This document shows, in pieces, positions 47,549 to 57,998 of a DNA stretch of 62,578 bases. Source of the DNA: Candidatus Zixiibacteriota bacterium (GTDB lineage Bacteria > RBG-13-66-14 > B26-G2 > WVWN01). Each line of letters starts with the position of its first letter. Within the stretch, counting starts at the first letter, position 1. Below the pieces are notes generated by a model. That model was not told the origin of the DNA, searched no databases, and was given only the letters and a program-made list of their open reading frames with translations. A program made the position numbers and the translations under genes. Where the stretch lies: NCBI GenBank assembly GCA_050117845.1, contig JASFLY010000015.1, forward strand, positions 1 through 62,578, read 5' to 3'.

Positions 47549-48583
47549 TTACCCGTGTTGCAAGATAAATTCCTTCACGGCCGCCGGGGGGATTTTCTCC
47601 CGGCATTCGTACCTGGGCCGCCGCCGGCAGGTTGGGAAGGGCGAATTGGCGTAGCAGGGGGCGCAGTCGATTTCGGCCACGACGGCCTTGACGGGGCCGT
47701 CGGGGGGCAGGAGGGCCCGGGGGTTCGTCGGCCCGAAGAGGGCCACGGCCGGTTTGCGGAGCGCGACGGCGACGTGCATCGGCAGGGAGTCTATGGTTAT
47801 CAGGTACTCCGCCCGTTCTATCAGACGGCCGCACTCGAGCACGGTCGTCTTGCCGGCCAGGTCCACGACGGGCCCTTTGGTCGCCCGGGCGGCGACCTCG
47901 GCGCAACGCCGCGCGTCACCCGGGCCGCCGACGATCACTACCGGCCGGCCCGTCTCGCCGATGACGAAGTCGATAATCTCCCCGAAGAACGAGGCGGGGG
48001 GGAATTTGGCGACTACCTTCTCGCGGGGGTTCCGGCCTCCGCTCGGCGCCACCACGACGTAGCGCTTTCTCCCCCGCAGGCCCGTCATCTCGTGGGCGGA
48101 GGGGACGCCGTCCGGGATGACGAAGTCGAGGTGCAGGCCGTCGCGGACGCCTCCCGCGGCCTCGGCCAGTTCCACGTAGTTCTCGGCGACGTACTTGTCG
48201 GCGTTGGGTTGCCAGGGGACCCCGCCGGTCAGGAGGCGCGGCGGCTTCGGGCCGTCGAAAGGGGCGTAAACCGGAACGCCGGCCAGCCGCGCGAAGCGCG
48301 CGAGCCGGGGGGAGTTTTGAAACAGCACCGCTTTCTCGGCGCCGGAATGCTTCACGTTGCGGAGGAGTTTGAAGAGGTCGACCGGGTTCCGGTGGGAGGT
48401 GTGGCGTTCCTGTGCGAAGAGGTAGGCGTCGACGGTCGGAATCGCCTGCGCCACCTGGGCGTTGGACCGGCCGGTCAGAAGTATCAGGCTTACGTCTTCG
48501 CGGGGGCGCCGCAGTGCCCTCAACGCGGGCGTAATGAGGAGCAGGTCGCCCGCGGCGTGGGTCTTAATGGCAAGCAAGCTCAT
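47549..48583 (-). CDS. Glycosyltransferase family 9 (heptosyltransferase-like)
   Basis: AGDLLLITPALRALR, DLAGKT, IDSLPMHVAVAL, ALFGPT. Confidence 0.9.
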   Translation of the reverse strand: MSLLAIKTHAAGDLLLITPALRALRRPREDVSLILLTGRSNAQVAQAIPTVDAYLFAQERHTSHRNPVDLFKLLRNVKHSGAEKAVLFQNSPRLARFARLAGVPVYAPFDGPKPPRLLTGGVPWQPNADKYVAENYVELAEAAGGVRDGLHLDFVIPDGVPSAHEMTGLRGRKRYVVVAPSGGRNPREKVVAKFPPASFFGEIIDFVIGETGRPVVIVGGPGDARRCAEVAARATKGPVVDLAGKTTVLECGRLIERAEYLITIDSLPMHVAVALRKPAVALFGPTNPRALLPPDGPVKAVVAEIDCAPCYANSPFPTCRRRPRYECREKIPPAAVKEFILQHG

Positions 48584-48612
48584 AGCGTACTGCCGCCGTT
48601 ACGAGGGGTTTT

Positions 48613-49407
48613 CTATCCGGGGAAACGCCACCCGACGCCGGCGAAGTAGCCTTCGAAGCTGGTATCGTACTCGTACCCGGCGACGGTGTGTTTCCGGAAT
48701 TGCTGGTCGTACTCGTATTCCAGAATGAAAAAGAGGGAATCGCCTATGTTCACCTGGACGCCCGCGGCGAGGGCGTAGTCGAAAGAGAATTGCTTTATCG
48801 TTTCGGTCCCCACGAGGAAGCCGTTCAGCCTCTTTTGGATGGCCGGGTCCGATACCTCGTCCTGGGTATCGAAGCGCGTAAGGTTTCCTCCCAGGCCCGC
48901 CCAGGCGTACGGCGTTACGGGCCAGTCGTGGAAAAAGGCGAATTTGAGGCCCAATTTGTAGTCTACGTTCTGGTAACGGTACGAGATCCTCTCCTCGAAA
49001 ACCGCGTCCCGGGTATAGACGCTTTCTTCCTCGTAGAAAACTTCGTCCGTCTCGTATTTCAGGGCGATGGCGCGCCGCGTCCCTATCTCGTGGGTTAACT
49101 TGAGGCCCATCGATAGGCCCCTCCAGAAATAGAAGTCGAAACCGACGCCGAAGGCCGGCAGCGTCCCGATGTCTTCGAGTACCGAGGGGTTGTTCTTCTT
49201 GCTGGCGATATTGCTTATGCCCTCGGCGCCGTCGTACGTGGGCCCGTCGGCCTTGCCGCCGAAGACGTACACGCCCGGGTAAATCGAACCGGGGAGGTAC
49301 CCCGGCAGTTTTTCTTCCGCGGGAGGTTCCTCTTCGTCCTGCGCGAACGCGGCCGGGCCGGTCAGGGCCAGGCCGAAGCCGAGCGCGATAACTATTAATC
49401 TCTTCAT
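48613..49407 (-). CDS. Outer-membrane beta-barrel protein
   Basis: Real 3' part of the 1813-aa ORF: signal MKRLIVIALGFGLALTGPAAFA, TPYAWAGLG, YFAGVGWRF. Confidence 0.78.
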   Translation of the reverse strand: MKRLIVIALGFGLALTGPAAFAQDEEEPPAEEKLPGYLPGSIYPGVYVFGGKADGPTYDGAEGISNIASKKNNPSVLEDIGTLPAFGVGFDFYFWRGLSMGLKLTHEIGTRRAIALKYETDEVFYEEESVYTRDAVFEERISYRYQNVDYKLGLKFAFFHDWPVTPYAWAGLGGNLTRFDTQDEVSDPAIQKRLNGFLVGTETIKQFSFDYALAAGVQVNIGDSLFFILEYEYDQQFRKHTVAGYEYDTSFEGYFAGVGWRFPG

Positions 49408-49471
49408 CAAGAATAAACGAATAACATACCGTAGGTATAGCGTCAAGCGTATACGTTTCGCTAATTTTCCC

Positions 49472-49500
49472 TTGACAGCCGCGGGGCGCTTGCCTACAAT
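49472..49500 (+). promoter_or_regulatory. Sigma70 promoter of dprA-topA
   Basis: TTGACA, 17-bp spacer, TACAAT, 9 nt before the ATG. Confidence 0.7.
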
Positions 49501-49509
49501 CCGGCCTAC

Positions 49510-50628
49510 ATGGATTCGGCGAGGCGGGAGGAGATACGCGGAGCGCTGGCGCTGAACCGCGTACCCGGTATCGGCAGCGTTTACTTCGGACGGCTGGTCG
49601 AGGCCTTCGGGACCCCGGCCGCGGCGTTCGAACGGACGGCCGACGAACTGGCCGCCGTCGCCGGCATCGGCGACGAGCGGGCGCGGGCCGTCGCCTCTTT
49701 CCGGGATTGGCGCGCCGTGGACGAGGAGATGGCCGGGGCCGATCGGGCGGGCCTCTCGTACCTGTTGTGGGGCGACGAGTCCTACCCCGAGCTTTTGGCC
49801 GCGACGCACGACCCGCCGCCGGTCGTACGCTATAAGGGCGATTTGGATCGTCTGTCGCCGCTGGCCGTCGCCGTCGTGGGAACGCGCCGGCTCAGCGCCT
49901 ACGGCGAGAAGGTTACGGCGCATATATGCAGGCCGTTGGCCGAGGCCGGCGTCGTCATCGTGAGCGGCATGGCTCGCGGCATCGATACCCGCGCCCACGA
50001 GACGGCGCTCCGGGCCGGGGGCGTAACCGTCGCGGTGCTCGGGTGCGGTGCGGACGTAGTATATCCCCCGGAGAACCGGGACCTGTACGAACGGATCTGC
50101 GAGCGGGGCGTGGTGCTTTCGGAGTTCCCGCCGGGCGCCCGGCCGGAACCGCGGAACTTCCCCCGCCGCAACCGGATAATAAGCGGCCTCGCCGTCGGCG
50201 TTCTCGTGGTGGAGGCGGGCCTGAGGAGCGGCGCGCTCATCACCGCCGGCAACGCCGCGGACCAGGGCAGAGAAGTCTTCGCCGTGCCCGGCAGCATCTT
50301 CTCGCCGGCGAGCGACGGTTGCCGCCACCTTATGGCCGGCGGCGCCAAACCGGTCGGCACGGCCGAGGAAATTTTGGAAGAAATCGCTCCCCAATTCGCG
50401 GGGACCCTGCCCGGCCGGCCGGTGCGCGGGGAAGCCGCGGCGCCGCTGCTCCCGCCCGACGAACGGGAAATCCTGCATCACGTGGGAGCGGAAGCGGCGA
50501 CGGCCGACGATATCGCGACAAAGGTCGGGTGGCCCACGACGCGGGCCGCGGCCGCGTTGCTCGCGCTCGAGATTGCGGGCCTCGTCGAAAAGCTCCCCGG
50601 CAACAGTTACCGAAGGGTTTACCAGTAA
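49510..50628 (+). CDS. dprA: DNA-processing protein DprA
   Basis: VAVVGTR, VSGMARGID, NFPRRNRIISGL, SGALITA, GREVFAVPG. Confidence 0.96.
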   Translation: MDSARREEIRGALALNRVPGIGSVYFGRLVEAFGTPAAAFERTADELAAVAGIGDERARAVASFRDWRAVDEEMAGADRAGLSYLLWGDESYPELLAATHDPPPVVRYKGDLDRLSPLAVAVVGTRRLSAYGEKVTAHICRPLAEAGVVIVSGMARGIDTRAHETALRAGGVTVAVLGCGADVVYPPENRDLYERICERGVVLSEFPPGARPEPRNFPRRNRIISGLAVGVLVVEAGLRSGALITAGNAADQGREVFAVPGSIFSPASDGCRHLMAGGAKPVGTAEEILEEIAPQFAGTLPGRPVRGEAAAPLLPPDEREILHHVGAEAATADDIATKVGWPTTRAAAALLALEIAGLVEKLPGNSYRRVYQ

Positions 50629-50646
50629 AGAAGCACGCAGGTTATT

Positions 50647-52887
50647 ATGGCTAAGAATTTGGTTATCGTGGAATCGGCCGCCAAGGTCAAGACAATTTCG
50701 AAGATACTCGGGAAGGATTTCGACGTCAAATCCTGCCAGGGCCACGTGATGGACCTCCCGAAGTCGTCCCTCGGCGTCGAGGTGGCCGAGGGCTTCGCGC
50801 CCACGTACGTTTCGACCGACGCGCAAAAGAAGACCCTCCGCGCCCTCAAGAAGGCCGCGAAGGACGTCGAGATAATATACCTCGCTACCGACCCCGACCG
50901 GGAGGGGGAGGCCATAGCCTACCACCTCTCCCGGACGCTGAACGGCGACCGGGCCCGGCGGATATCCTTCAACGAGATAACCGCCGAAGCCATCAAGGCC
51001 GCGGTGCAGACGCCGCGGGAGCTGGACGAAAAGCTGGTCGCGGCCCAGCAGGCCCGGCGCATCCTCGACCGGCTGGTGGGGTACCAGATTAGCCCCATCC
51101 TGTGGAAAAAGGTGACCACCGGCCTCTCGGCCGGCCGCGTGCAATCGGTGGCCGTCCGCCTCATCTGCGAGCGCGAGGAACTCATAGAGGCGTTCGTCGC
51201 CGATGAGTACTGGACCATCGGCGCTCGGTTCGGCTCCTCCGACGGCGAGAGCTTCGACGCCGCCCTCGTCTCCATCGACGGCGAGACGCTGATGGCCCCC
51301 GGGCGACTGGAGAAGTACGGCCGGCGCATCGAGGGCGAGGCCGAGGCCGCGGCCGAGTGCGAGAAGATCCGCGTCCAGGATTTTAAAGTTACCGCCTCCG
51401 AACGCGGCCAGAAGCGCCGCTCGCCGGTGCCGCCCTTCACCACCAGCAAACTCCAACAGGCCGCCGCGCGCCAACTCGGCTTCACCGGCCGGAAGACCAT
51501 GGCCGTGGCCCAGACCCTTTACGAGGGCGTGGACGTGGGCGACGGCGACCGCGCGGGCCTTATCACCTATATGCGTACCGACTCGGTTCGCGTGGCCCAG
51601 TCGGCCGTGGCCGCCTGCCGCTCCTACATTAAAAAGGAGTACGGCGACGATTACCTGCCGCCCAAACCGCGGGCTTACCGCTCGCGCCGCGGCGCCCAGG
51701 AGGCCCACGAGGCCGTGCGGCCCACCGACGTGAGACGCTCCCCGGCCGCGCTCAAGAAATTCCTCACGCCCGACCAGTTCAAGCTCTACGGCCTTATATA
51801 CCGCGCCTTCCTCGCCTCCCAGATGGCCGACGCCGTCTACGACACCGCGACCGCGAAGATAGAGGGCGGCCCCTACCTCTTCCGCGCCTCCGCCCAGGCG
51901 CTCCGCTTCCCCGGCTTCCTCGCCGTCACGCCCCGCGACAACGACGTGGAGACCCGCCTGCCGACCCTCGCCGTGGACGACCAGGTCGCGCCCGAGGAGG
52001 TAACGCCCGAACAGCACTTCACCAAACCGCCGCCCCGCTACAACGACGCGTCGCTGGTGCAGGCGCTGGAGGAGAACGGCATAGGCCGGCCCAGCACCTA
52101 CGCCCCCACCGTGGCCACCATCATCGACCGGCACTACGTCGAGCGCATCTCCCGGGCCTTCCACCCCACCGAACTGGGCAAGCTCGTGAACGCGCTGCTC
52201 GTCGCGTCCTTCCCGGATATCTTCGACGTCACGTTCACCGCCCAGATAGAGGCCGAACTCGACGCCGTCGAGGAGGGGGAGGCCGAGTGGGCCGAAGTGC
52301 TGGGGGACTTCTATCGGCCTTTCGCCGCCGACCTGGCCCAGGCCGCCGAGGTGATGGACCGGGTGCGGGACGAGGCGTCCGAGCGCACCGACATCAAGTG
52401 CCCCAAATGCGGCGCCGTGATGGAGGTCAAGTGGGGCCGGTTCGGCAAGTACCTCCGCTGCGAGAACTACCCCGATTGCAGCGGGACCATGAACTTCGAG
52501 CGCGACGAGGAAGGCCGGATAGTCCCGGTGAAGCCGGAGGACACCGGCGAGGTCTGCGACAAGTGCGGCGGCCCGATGGTCGTCAAGCGGGGCCGCTACG
52601 GCGAGTTCCTGGCCTGCGACAATTACCCCGACTGCAAGAACACCAAGCCCATCCTGAGAAAGGTTAACGCCCGCTGCCCCAAGTGCGGCGGCCAGATAGT
52701 GCAGCGCAAGGGGAAACGGGGGAAACCTTTCTACGGCTGCGAGAAGTACCCCGATTGCGACTTCACGGCCAACGCCGTTCCGGTCAACGAGGAGTGCCCG
52801 CAGTGCGGGTCGAATTACCTCCTGCGGGGCCGGAAGTATAACCGCTGTCCGAACAAGGACTGCGATTACAAAACCGAAAAAGACTGA
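50647..52887 (+). CDS. topA: DNA topoisomerase I
   Basis: LVIVES, ATDPDREGEAI, SAGRVQS, LITYMRTDS, C-terminal Zn ribbons. Confidence 0.98.
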   Translation: MAKNLVIVESAAKVKTISKILGKDFDVKSCQGHVMDLPKSSLGVEVAEGFAPTYVSTDAQKKTLRALKKAAKDVEIIYLATDPDREGEAIAYHLSRTLNGDRARRISFNEITAEAIKAAVQTPRELDEKLVAAQQARRILDRLVGYQISPILWKKVTTGLSAGRVQSVAVRLICEREELIEAFVADEYWTIGARFGSSDGESFDAALVSIDGETLMAPGRLEKYGRRIEGEAEAAAECEKIRVQDFKVTASERGQKRRSPVPPFTTSKLQQAAARQLGFTGRKTMAVAQTLYEGVDVGDGDRAGLITYMRTDSVRVAQSAVAACRSYIKKEYGDDYLPPKPRAYRSRRGAQEAHEAVRPTDVRRSPAALKKFLTPDQFKLYGLIYRAFLASQMADAVYDTATAKIEGGPYLFRASAQALRFPGFLAVTPRDNDVETRLPTLAVDDQVAPEEVTPEQHFTKPPPRYNDASLVQALEENGIGRPSTYAPTVATIIDRHYVERISRAFHPTELGKLVNALLVASFPDIFDVTFTAQIEAELDAVEEGEAEWAEVLGDFYRPFAADLAQAAEVMDRVRDEASERTDIKCPKCGAVMEVKWGRFGKYLRCENYPDCSGTMNFERDEEGRIVPVKPEDTGEVCDKCGGPMVVKRGRYGEFLACDNYPDCKNTKPILRKVNARCPKCGGQIVQRKGKRGKPFYGCEKYPDCDFTANAVPVNEECPQCGSNYLLRGRKYNRCPNKDCDYKTEKD

Positions 52888-52891
52888 GCCC

Positions 52892-53827
52892 ATGGCCGGG
52901 GGACACGAACACCACCACCATAACCACGAGCCGGCGGCGCCGCCGTCGGGCGCGGCCGCGCGGCGGATGCTGTGGGCCGTCGTCCTCACCTCCGTAATCC
53001 TCGCCGGCGAGGTCGTCGGCGGCATCTGGGCCGGGAGTCTGGCCCTCCTCTCCGACGCCGCCCACGTCTTCATGGACGTCTTCGCGCTGGCGCTGGCCCT
53101 GGGGGCGATGATGCTCGCGCGCCGGCCCGCCTCCGATAAGCGGACCTTCGGCTGGCACCGGGCCGAGGTCTTCGCCGCGCTGATTAACGGCCTGAGCCTC
53201 TTCGCCGTCGCGGTAATAATCTTCGTCGAGGGCGTGCAGCGCCTGTTCGAGCCCACCGAAGTAAGGGGCGTGGGCCTCCTGGTCATCGCCACCGTGGGCC
53301 TTCTGGCCAACGGCGCCGTGGCGCTGTTGTTGCGCGGCCACGTCGGCGCCGACATCAACCTCCGGGCGGCGTTGTGGCACGTCGTCGGCGACGCGTTGGC
53401 CTCGGTGGGGGTTATCGCCGGCGCGGTCGTCGTCATCCTGACTGGATGGTACATCGTCGATCCCATCCTGGCCCTCGCCATCGGCGTGTTGTTGTTGTGG
53501 GGCGCGGGCCGGCTCGTGCGGGACGCCGTGCGAATCCTCCTGGAGGGGACGCCGCCGGGCATCCACGTGCGCGAGGTGGCGGCGGCGCTTGTCGGCGTGG
53601 AGGGCGTAACGTCGGTCCACGACCTCCACGTCTGGGCGCTGTGCTCGCATATCGTCAACCTCTCGGCCCACCTCGTCGTGTGCCCGGGCACCGAGGCCGA
53701 GGTCCGGCGGGCCGCGGAGAAGGTCCTGGCCCGCGAGTACGGCATCCGGCATACGACCTTACAGCTGGAGGAGGAGTCCTGCCGCCCCGACTCGGAGGAT
53801 ATCCTCTGCGACAACCTGGAGCACTGA
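52892..53827 (+). CDS. Cation diffusion facilitator (CzcD-like)
   Basis: His-rich N-terminus, SLALLSDAAH, HVVGD, VHDLHVW, HTTLQLE. Confidence 0.93.
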   Translation: MAGGHEHHHHNHEPAAPPSGAAARRMLWAVVLTSVILAGEVVGGIWAGSLALLSDAAHVFMDVFALALALGAMMLARRPASDKRTFGWHRAEVFAALINGLSLFAVAVIIFVEGVQRLFEPTEVRGVGLLVIATVGLLANGAVALLLRGHVGADINLRAALWHVVGDALASVGVIAGAVVVILTGWYIVDPILALAIGVLLLWGAGRLVRDAVRILLEGTPPGIHVREVAAALVGVEGVTSVHDLHVWALCSHIVNLSAHLVVCPGTEAEVRRAAEKVLAREYGIRHTTLQLEEESCRPDSEDILCDNLEH

Positions 53828-53858
53828 CCGCGGCGCGAAATATGGGTCGTCCGATAAA

Positions 53859-55364
53859 ATGAAATCTTCCCGCAAAAAACCCCCCGCCTCCTCTCCGGCC
53901 GAACTCCTCGCCCGAGAGCTTTTTTTGGCTCCGCCCCCGGCCTGGGCGGAGGGCGAACTCTCGGCCGCCGTGTGCTATCCCAACACGTACCGCGTGGGCA
54001 TGGCCAGCCTGGGGTATCAATTGGTATGGGGGACCTTCGCCTCGCATCCGGCATTCCGCGCGGGGCGCTACTTCGCGGCCTACGCCGGGAAGGCGCCGCC
54101 GGGCCGGGTCGGGGACGTCGCCGGCCTGGACGTCGAAACGCCGCTCGCCGAGAACGACGTCATCGCCTTCTCCGCCTACTACGAGGCCGACTACGTCCGC
54201 ATATACGGCATGTTGGCCGGCGGGGGAGTCCGGCCCTGGGCGGCCGAGCGCGGCGAGTTCGACCCCTTCGTTGTCCTGGGCGGCCCCGCCGTGACGGCCA
54301 ACCCGGAGCCGCTGGCCCCCTTCGCCGACGCCGTCGTTTTGGGCGACGCGGAGCGTTCCCTTCCCGCCGTCCTGGACGCCGTCGCCGGGGCGGTGGGGGC
54401 GCCGCGCCGGACGGTCCTCGCGGCCATGGCCGCGGTCCCGGGGGTCTACGTCCCGCCGCTGTACCGGGTGTTGTACGGGGCGCCGGGGTCGTCATCGGCG
54501 GTCGTGCCCGAGGAGGGCGCGCCGGCCAAAGTCGAGGCGGGCCACGTCGACGACCTTACGCCCTACCGCGGCGGCTCGTGGTTCGCGACGCCGGCGGGGG
54601 AGTTCGGCAAGCTTCTCCTGCTCGAGCCCATACGCGGCTGCGGCCGCGGCTGTTCCTTCTGCCAGACCGGGGCCATAAGCCCGCCCCGGACGCGGGACGT
54701 GGCGTCGCTGTGGCCCCCCGTGGACGAGGCCGAGGGGCGGGTCCGGAAGGCGGGGCTGGTCGGCGCCGCGCTGGCCGATCATAAAGATATATTGGAACTG
54801 GCGGACGGCCTCGTCGGGCGGGGTTTTCTGTTGAGCGTCAGTTCGCTTTCGCTCGCGGCCCGGGCGACGCCGGGCCTCCTGCGGGCCCTGGGCGCCTCGG
54901 GCCAGCGGAGCGTCGCGCTCGCGCCGGAGGGGGCCACGGAGGAGGCGCGGGGCGCTTTGGGCAAGCCGGTGCCGGCGGGCAGGCTCGCCGAATACGTTTC
55001 GGCCGCGGCCGAGGCGGGCGTCAATAGGATAAAATTATATTATATAACCGGTTTTCCGGGCGAGACGGAGACGGACGTCCGGGCGGTCGGCGACGAACTC
55101 GCCGCCCTTAAAAAACGTTTTAAAAAGGTGAATTTCGAGGCCCGGGTAAACCCGATGGTCCCCAAGCCGCGTACGCGCTACGCCGAGGCGCCGCTGGTGC
55201 CCGAGGCCGAGTTCCGTAAACGTATAAAGATGATGCGGGAACGGGGCCGGGGCGTGAAGGTCGTCGGCGGCAGTTGGCGCGAGGCCAAGCTGCAATGGGC
55301 GCTGGGCCGGGGGGACCGGTCCCTCTCTCGGTGGATAGGCCACAACGCCGAAAATAAGCGCTAG
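53859..55364 (+). CDS. Radical SAM protein with B12-binding-like N-terminal region
   Basis: YPNTYRVGMASLG, GGP..TANPEP, RGCGRGCSFC, PKPRT. Confidence 0.85.
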   Translation: MKSSRKKPPASSPAELLARELFLAPPPAWAEGELSAAVCYPNTYRVGMASLGYQLVWGTFASHPAFRAGRYFAAYAGKAPPGRVGDVAGLDVETPLAENDVIAFSAYYEADYVRIYGMLAGGGVRPWAAERGEFDPFVVLGGPAVTANPEPLAPFADAVVLGDAERSLPAVLDAVAGAVGAPRRTVLAAMAAVPGVYVPPLYRVLYGAPGSSSAVVPEEGAPAKVEAGHVDDLTPYRGGSWFATPAGEFGKLLLLEPIRGCGRGCSFCQTGAISPPRTRDVASLWPPVDEAEGRVRKAGLVGAALADHKDILELADGLVGRGFLLSVSSLSLAARATPGLLRALGASGQRSVALAPEGATEEARGALGKPVPAGRLAEYVSAAAEAGVNRIKLYYITGFPGETETDVRAVGDELAALKKRFKKVNFEARVNPMVPKPRTRYAEAPLVPEAEFRKRIKMMRERGRGVKVVGGSWREAKLQWALGRGDRSLSRWIGHNAENKR

Positions 55365-55485
55365 CCTCGTAATCCCGGGGCGGCCGGGCCTATTTTTTAT
55401 CTTGAAAATTGGCGTCGCGGGTGCTAACTTCTGGTAATCTACCGCCGCCCTCGGGGCGTCGGATGCTAGAAAAGGAGCATGGAAC

Positions 55486-56253
55486 TTGACACCACCCCTT
55501 CCTTTACCCGATATGGTCGACAAAGTCCGGGGGTCGGTCGTCGCCATCGAGGCGCCCGACGGGACCGGTACCGGCTTTATCGTGGACAAACGCGGCCTTA
55601 TTATTACGAACCGGCACGTCGTCGGGGCCGCGGACGTCGTCAAGGTCAAGACCGTGGACGAGCGCGAGTTCGAGGGGCGCGTTATACGGTCGGACGCCAA
55701 CGTCGATTACGCCATCGTGATGATAGATCTGCCGGACGCCGAGCCCATCTCCTGGAACGAGGATCCGGTGCGCGAGGGCATGACCGTCGTCGCCATCGGC
55801 CACCCGCTGGGCTACGACTTCACCGTGACCAAGGGCATCGTGAGTTCGTCCAAGCGCGTCATCCACGGCGTCGAGTACGTTCAGACCGACGTTCCCATCA
55901 ATCCCGGGAACAGCGGAGGCCCCCTTCTCGACGAGGACGGCGAGGTCATCGGCGTCAACGCCTGGATCCGGAGCGACGCCCAGAATATCGGCTTCGCCAT
56001 TCCGGTGCGCTACGTCCGCTGCGTGCTCGAGGAGATAGAGCCGCAACTCGCGGAAGTTGAATCCCGATATTATTGCCACGTATGCGGATTTCTAAACGAA
56101 AGCAAGGGTAAGTATTGCAAAAGCTGCGGCGTACGCATTGAAGAAGAGCCGGCCGCGGACGCCGAGCGCGTATGCGACGGCTGTAAAACGCCGAACCCGC
56201 CGGGCGCCAAGTTCTGCAAGAGCTGCGGCGCCCCACTCGAAACGAAAAAGTAA
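55486..56253 (+). CDS. Trypsin-like serine protease with double Zn ribbon
   Basis: GTGF, TNRHVV, INPGNSGGPL; CHVC, CKSC, CDGC, CKSC; no signal peptide. Confidence 0.9.
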   Translation: MTPPLPLPDMVDKVRGSVVAIEAPDGTGTGFIVDKRGLIITNRHVVGAADVVKVKTVDEREFEGRVIRSDANVDYAIVMIDLPDAEPISWNEDPVREGMTVVAIGHPLGYDFTVTKGIVSSSKRVIHGVEYVQTDVPINPGNSGGPLLDEDGEVIGVNAWIRSDAQNIGFAIPVRYVRCVLEEIEPQLAEVESRYYCHVCGFLNESKGKYCKSCGVRIEEEPAADAERVCDGCKTPNPPGAKFCKSCGAPLETKK

Positions 56254-56264
56254 AGGAGCGAAAC

Positions 56265-56720
56265 GTGGCCGAAGAGAGCCCGCAAGCCAAGCCCGGCGAT
56301 TTGACGCCGTACTACGAAATTATCGGTAAGGTTATTTCAGACCTGGGCCTGAACCCCGACGAGTGCTACAATCAGGAAGGCAAGTACTGGAGCCTGTGCA
56401 AGGGTTCGGCCGACGTCTTCATCAGCCTCTTTATACTGGGCGAGGGCGAGGACGCGGAATGGTACGTCGAATTCTCGTCGCCCGTCATGAAGCTGCCGTC
56501 GGATAACCTTCTGCCCTTCTACCGCCGCCTTCTTGAGGAGAACGCGAAGTGGGTCGCCACGCGCTTCTCGCTCCGCGACGATACGGTGTGGCTCGACACG
56601 ACCCGGGAACTCACCGGCATCGACTACGACGAGTGCTACCGGTCGCTGACCCGCATCGGCGAAGTGGCCGACCAGCTCGACGACGAGTTGCGGGCGGAGT
56701 TCGGCGTCGACGCGGAATAG
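56265..56720 (+). CDS. YbjN / T3SS-chaperone-like protein
   Basis: WSLCKGSADVFI, FYRRLLEEN, ADQLDDELRAEFG. Confidence 0.7.
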   Translation: MAEESPQAKPGDLTPYYEIIGKVISDLGLNPDECYNQEGKYWSLCKGSADVFISLFILGEGEDAEWYVEFSSPVMKLPSDNLLPFYRRLLEENAKWVATRFSLRDDTVWLDTTRELTGIDYDECYRSLTRIGEVADQLDDELRAEFGVDAE

Positions 56721-56753
56721 CCGGCCCGACGTCCGGCGTAACGGAAAAATATT

Positions 56754-56963
56754 ATGAGTTCGCGTAGAACCAACGTTGACGCGCTGATAGGCCAGCGGGC
56801 CGTCGTCCTGGCGGAAGTGGCGCCGTTGAAGTACGGCCGCGTGAAGGTCGGCGGCGAGGATTGGGCCGCGGTCCCGGAGGGCGAACAGGTCTTCGAGGTC
56901 GGGGCTATCGTAATAGTCAAGGGCTACGAGGGCGTCAAGCTCATCGTGGCCGGGTTGGAGTAA
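56754..56963 (+). CDS. NfeD-like OB-fold protein (short)
   Basis: TNVDALIGQRAVV, GRVKVGGEDWAA, V.V...EGVKLIV. Confidence 0.8.
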   Translation: MSSRRTNVDALIGQRAVVLAEVAPLKYGRVKVGGEDWAAVPEGEQVFEVGAIVIVKGYEGVKLIVAGLE

Positions 56964-56966
56964 ACG

Positions 56967-57998
56967 ATGGCAGAATTGACCGCTTTCGGATGGTGCTTGA
57001 TAGCGCTGGCCAGCGGCTTCGGGTTCGTCGTATTGATCCTCTTGCTGCGCAGTTTCCGGATCGTCCGCCAGGCCGAGGTCATCGTCGTCGAGCGTTTGGG
57101 GAAATACCACCGGACGATGGACAGCGGCCTCCGTATCCTGTTGCCCATTATCGAGAAACCCCGGCACGTGAACTGGCGCTACCGCGACTCCGTGGGGCGG
57201 TCCTACTTCCGCGACGTTTACCGGATACCGCTCCGCGAGACGGTCTACGACTTCCTCCCCCAGAACGTAATCACCCGCGACAACGTCATCACCGAAATCA
57301 ACGGCCTCCTCTACTTCCAGATTACCGACCCCATGCGGGCGGTGTACGAGATAGAGGACCTGCCGCTGGCCATCGAGAAGCTGACGCAGACCAGCCTCCG
57401 TAACATCTGCGGCGAGATGGACCTCGACGAGATGTTGACCTCCCGGGACGTCATCAACACCAAGCTGAAGGCCATCCTGGACGAGGCCTCGGACAAGTGG
57501 GGCGTCAAGGTCAACCGCGTCGAAATCCAGGACATCCGGCCGCCGGATGACATCCTGGAGGCGATGGAGAAGCAAATGCGGGCCGAGCGCGAGCGCCGCG
57601 CCGTGGTCCTCGACGCGGAGGGCGCCAAGCAGTCGGCCATCCTCCGGGCCGAGGGCGAACGGGAGGCCAATATCCGCCGCGCGGAAGGTACGAAGGAAGC
57701 CGCCATCCTCGAGGCCGAGGGCGAAGCCCAGGCCCGCATGAAGGTCGCCGACGCGGAGGCCAAAGCCCTTAACATGGTGGGGAAGGCGCTGGCGGAAGTC
57801 AGCGACCCGGCCCAGTACCTCGTGGCCGTCCGCTACATCGACACGCTCAAGGAGATTACCAGCGGCCAAGGCAACAAGCTGGTGTTCATGCCGTACGAGG
57901 CCCAGGGGCTCATCTCGACGGTGGGGTCGCTCAAGGCCCTCTTCGAGGAAGGCGGCGGCCCCTCGGCCCCGGCGGGCAAGGGTAAGGCGAAGAGCTGA
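56967..57998 (+). CDS. SPFH/band 7 (stomatin-like) protein
   Basis: [36 protein letters not shown]. Confidence 0.95.
   Translation: MAELTAFGWCLIALASGFGFVVLILLLRSFRIVRQAEVIVVERLGKYHRTMDSGLRILLPIIEKPRHVNWRYRDSVGRSYFRDVYRIPLRETVYDFLPQNVITRDNVITEINGLLYFQITDPMRAVYEIEDLPLAIEKLTQTSLRNICGEMDLDEMLTSRDVINTKLKAILDEASDKWGVKVNRVEIQDIRPPDDILEAMEKQMRAERERRAVVLDAEGAKQSAILRAEGEREANIRRAEGTKEAAILEAEGEAQARMKVADAEAKALNMVGKALAEVSDPAQYLVAVRYIDTLKEITSGQGNKLVFMPYEAQGLISTVGSLKALFEEGGGPSAPAGKGKAKS

Noticed and set aside
49408..54054. 1813-aa minus-strand ORF
   Set aside because: Antisense shadow of dprA, topA and the CDF gene caused by high GC3; only the last 264 aa look like a real gene.
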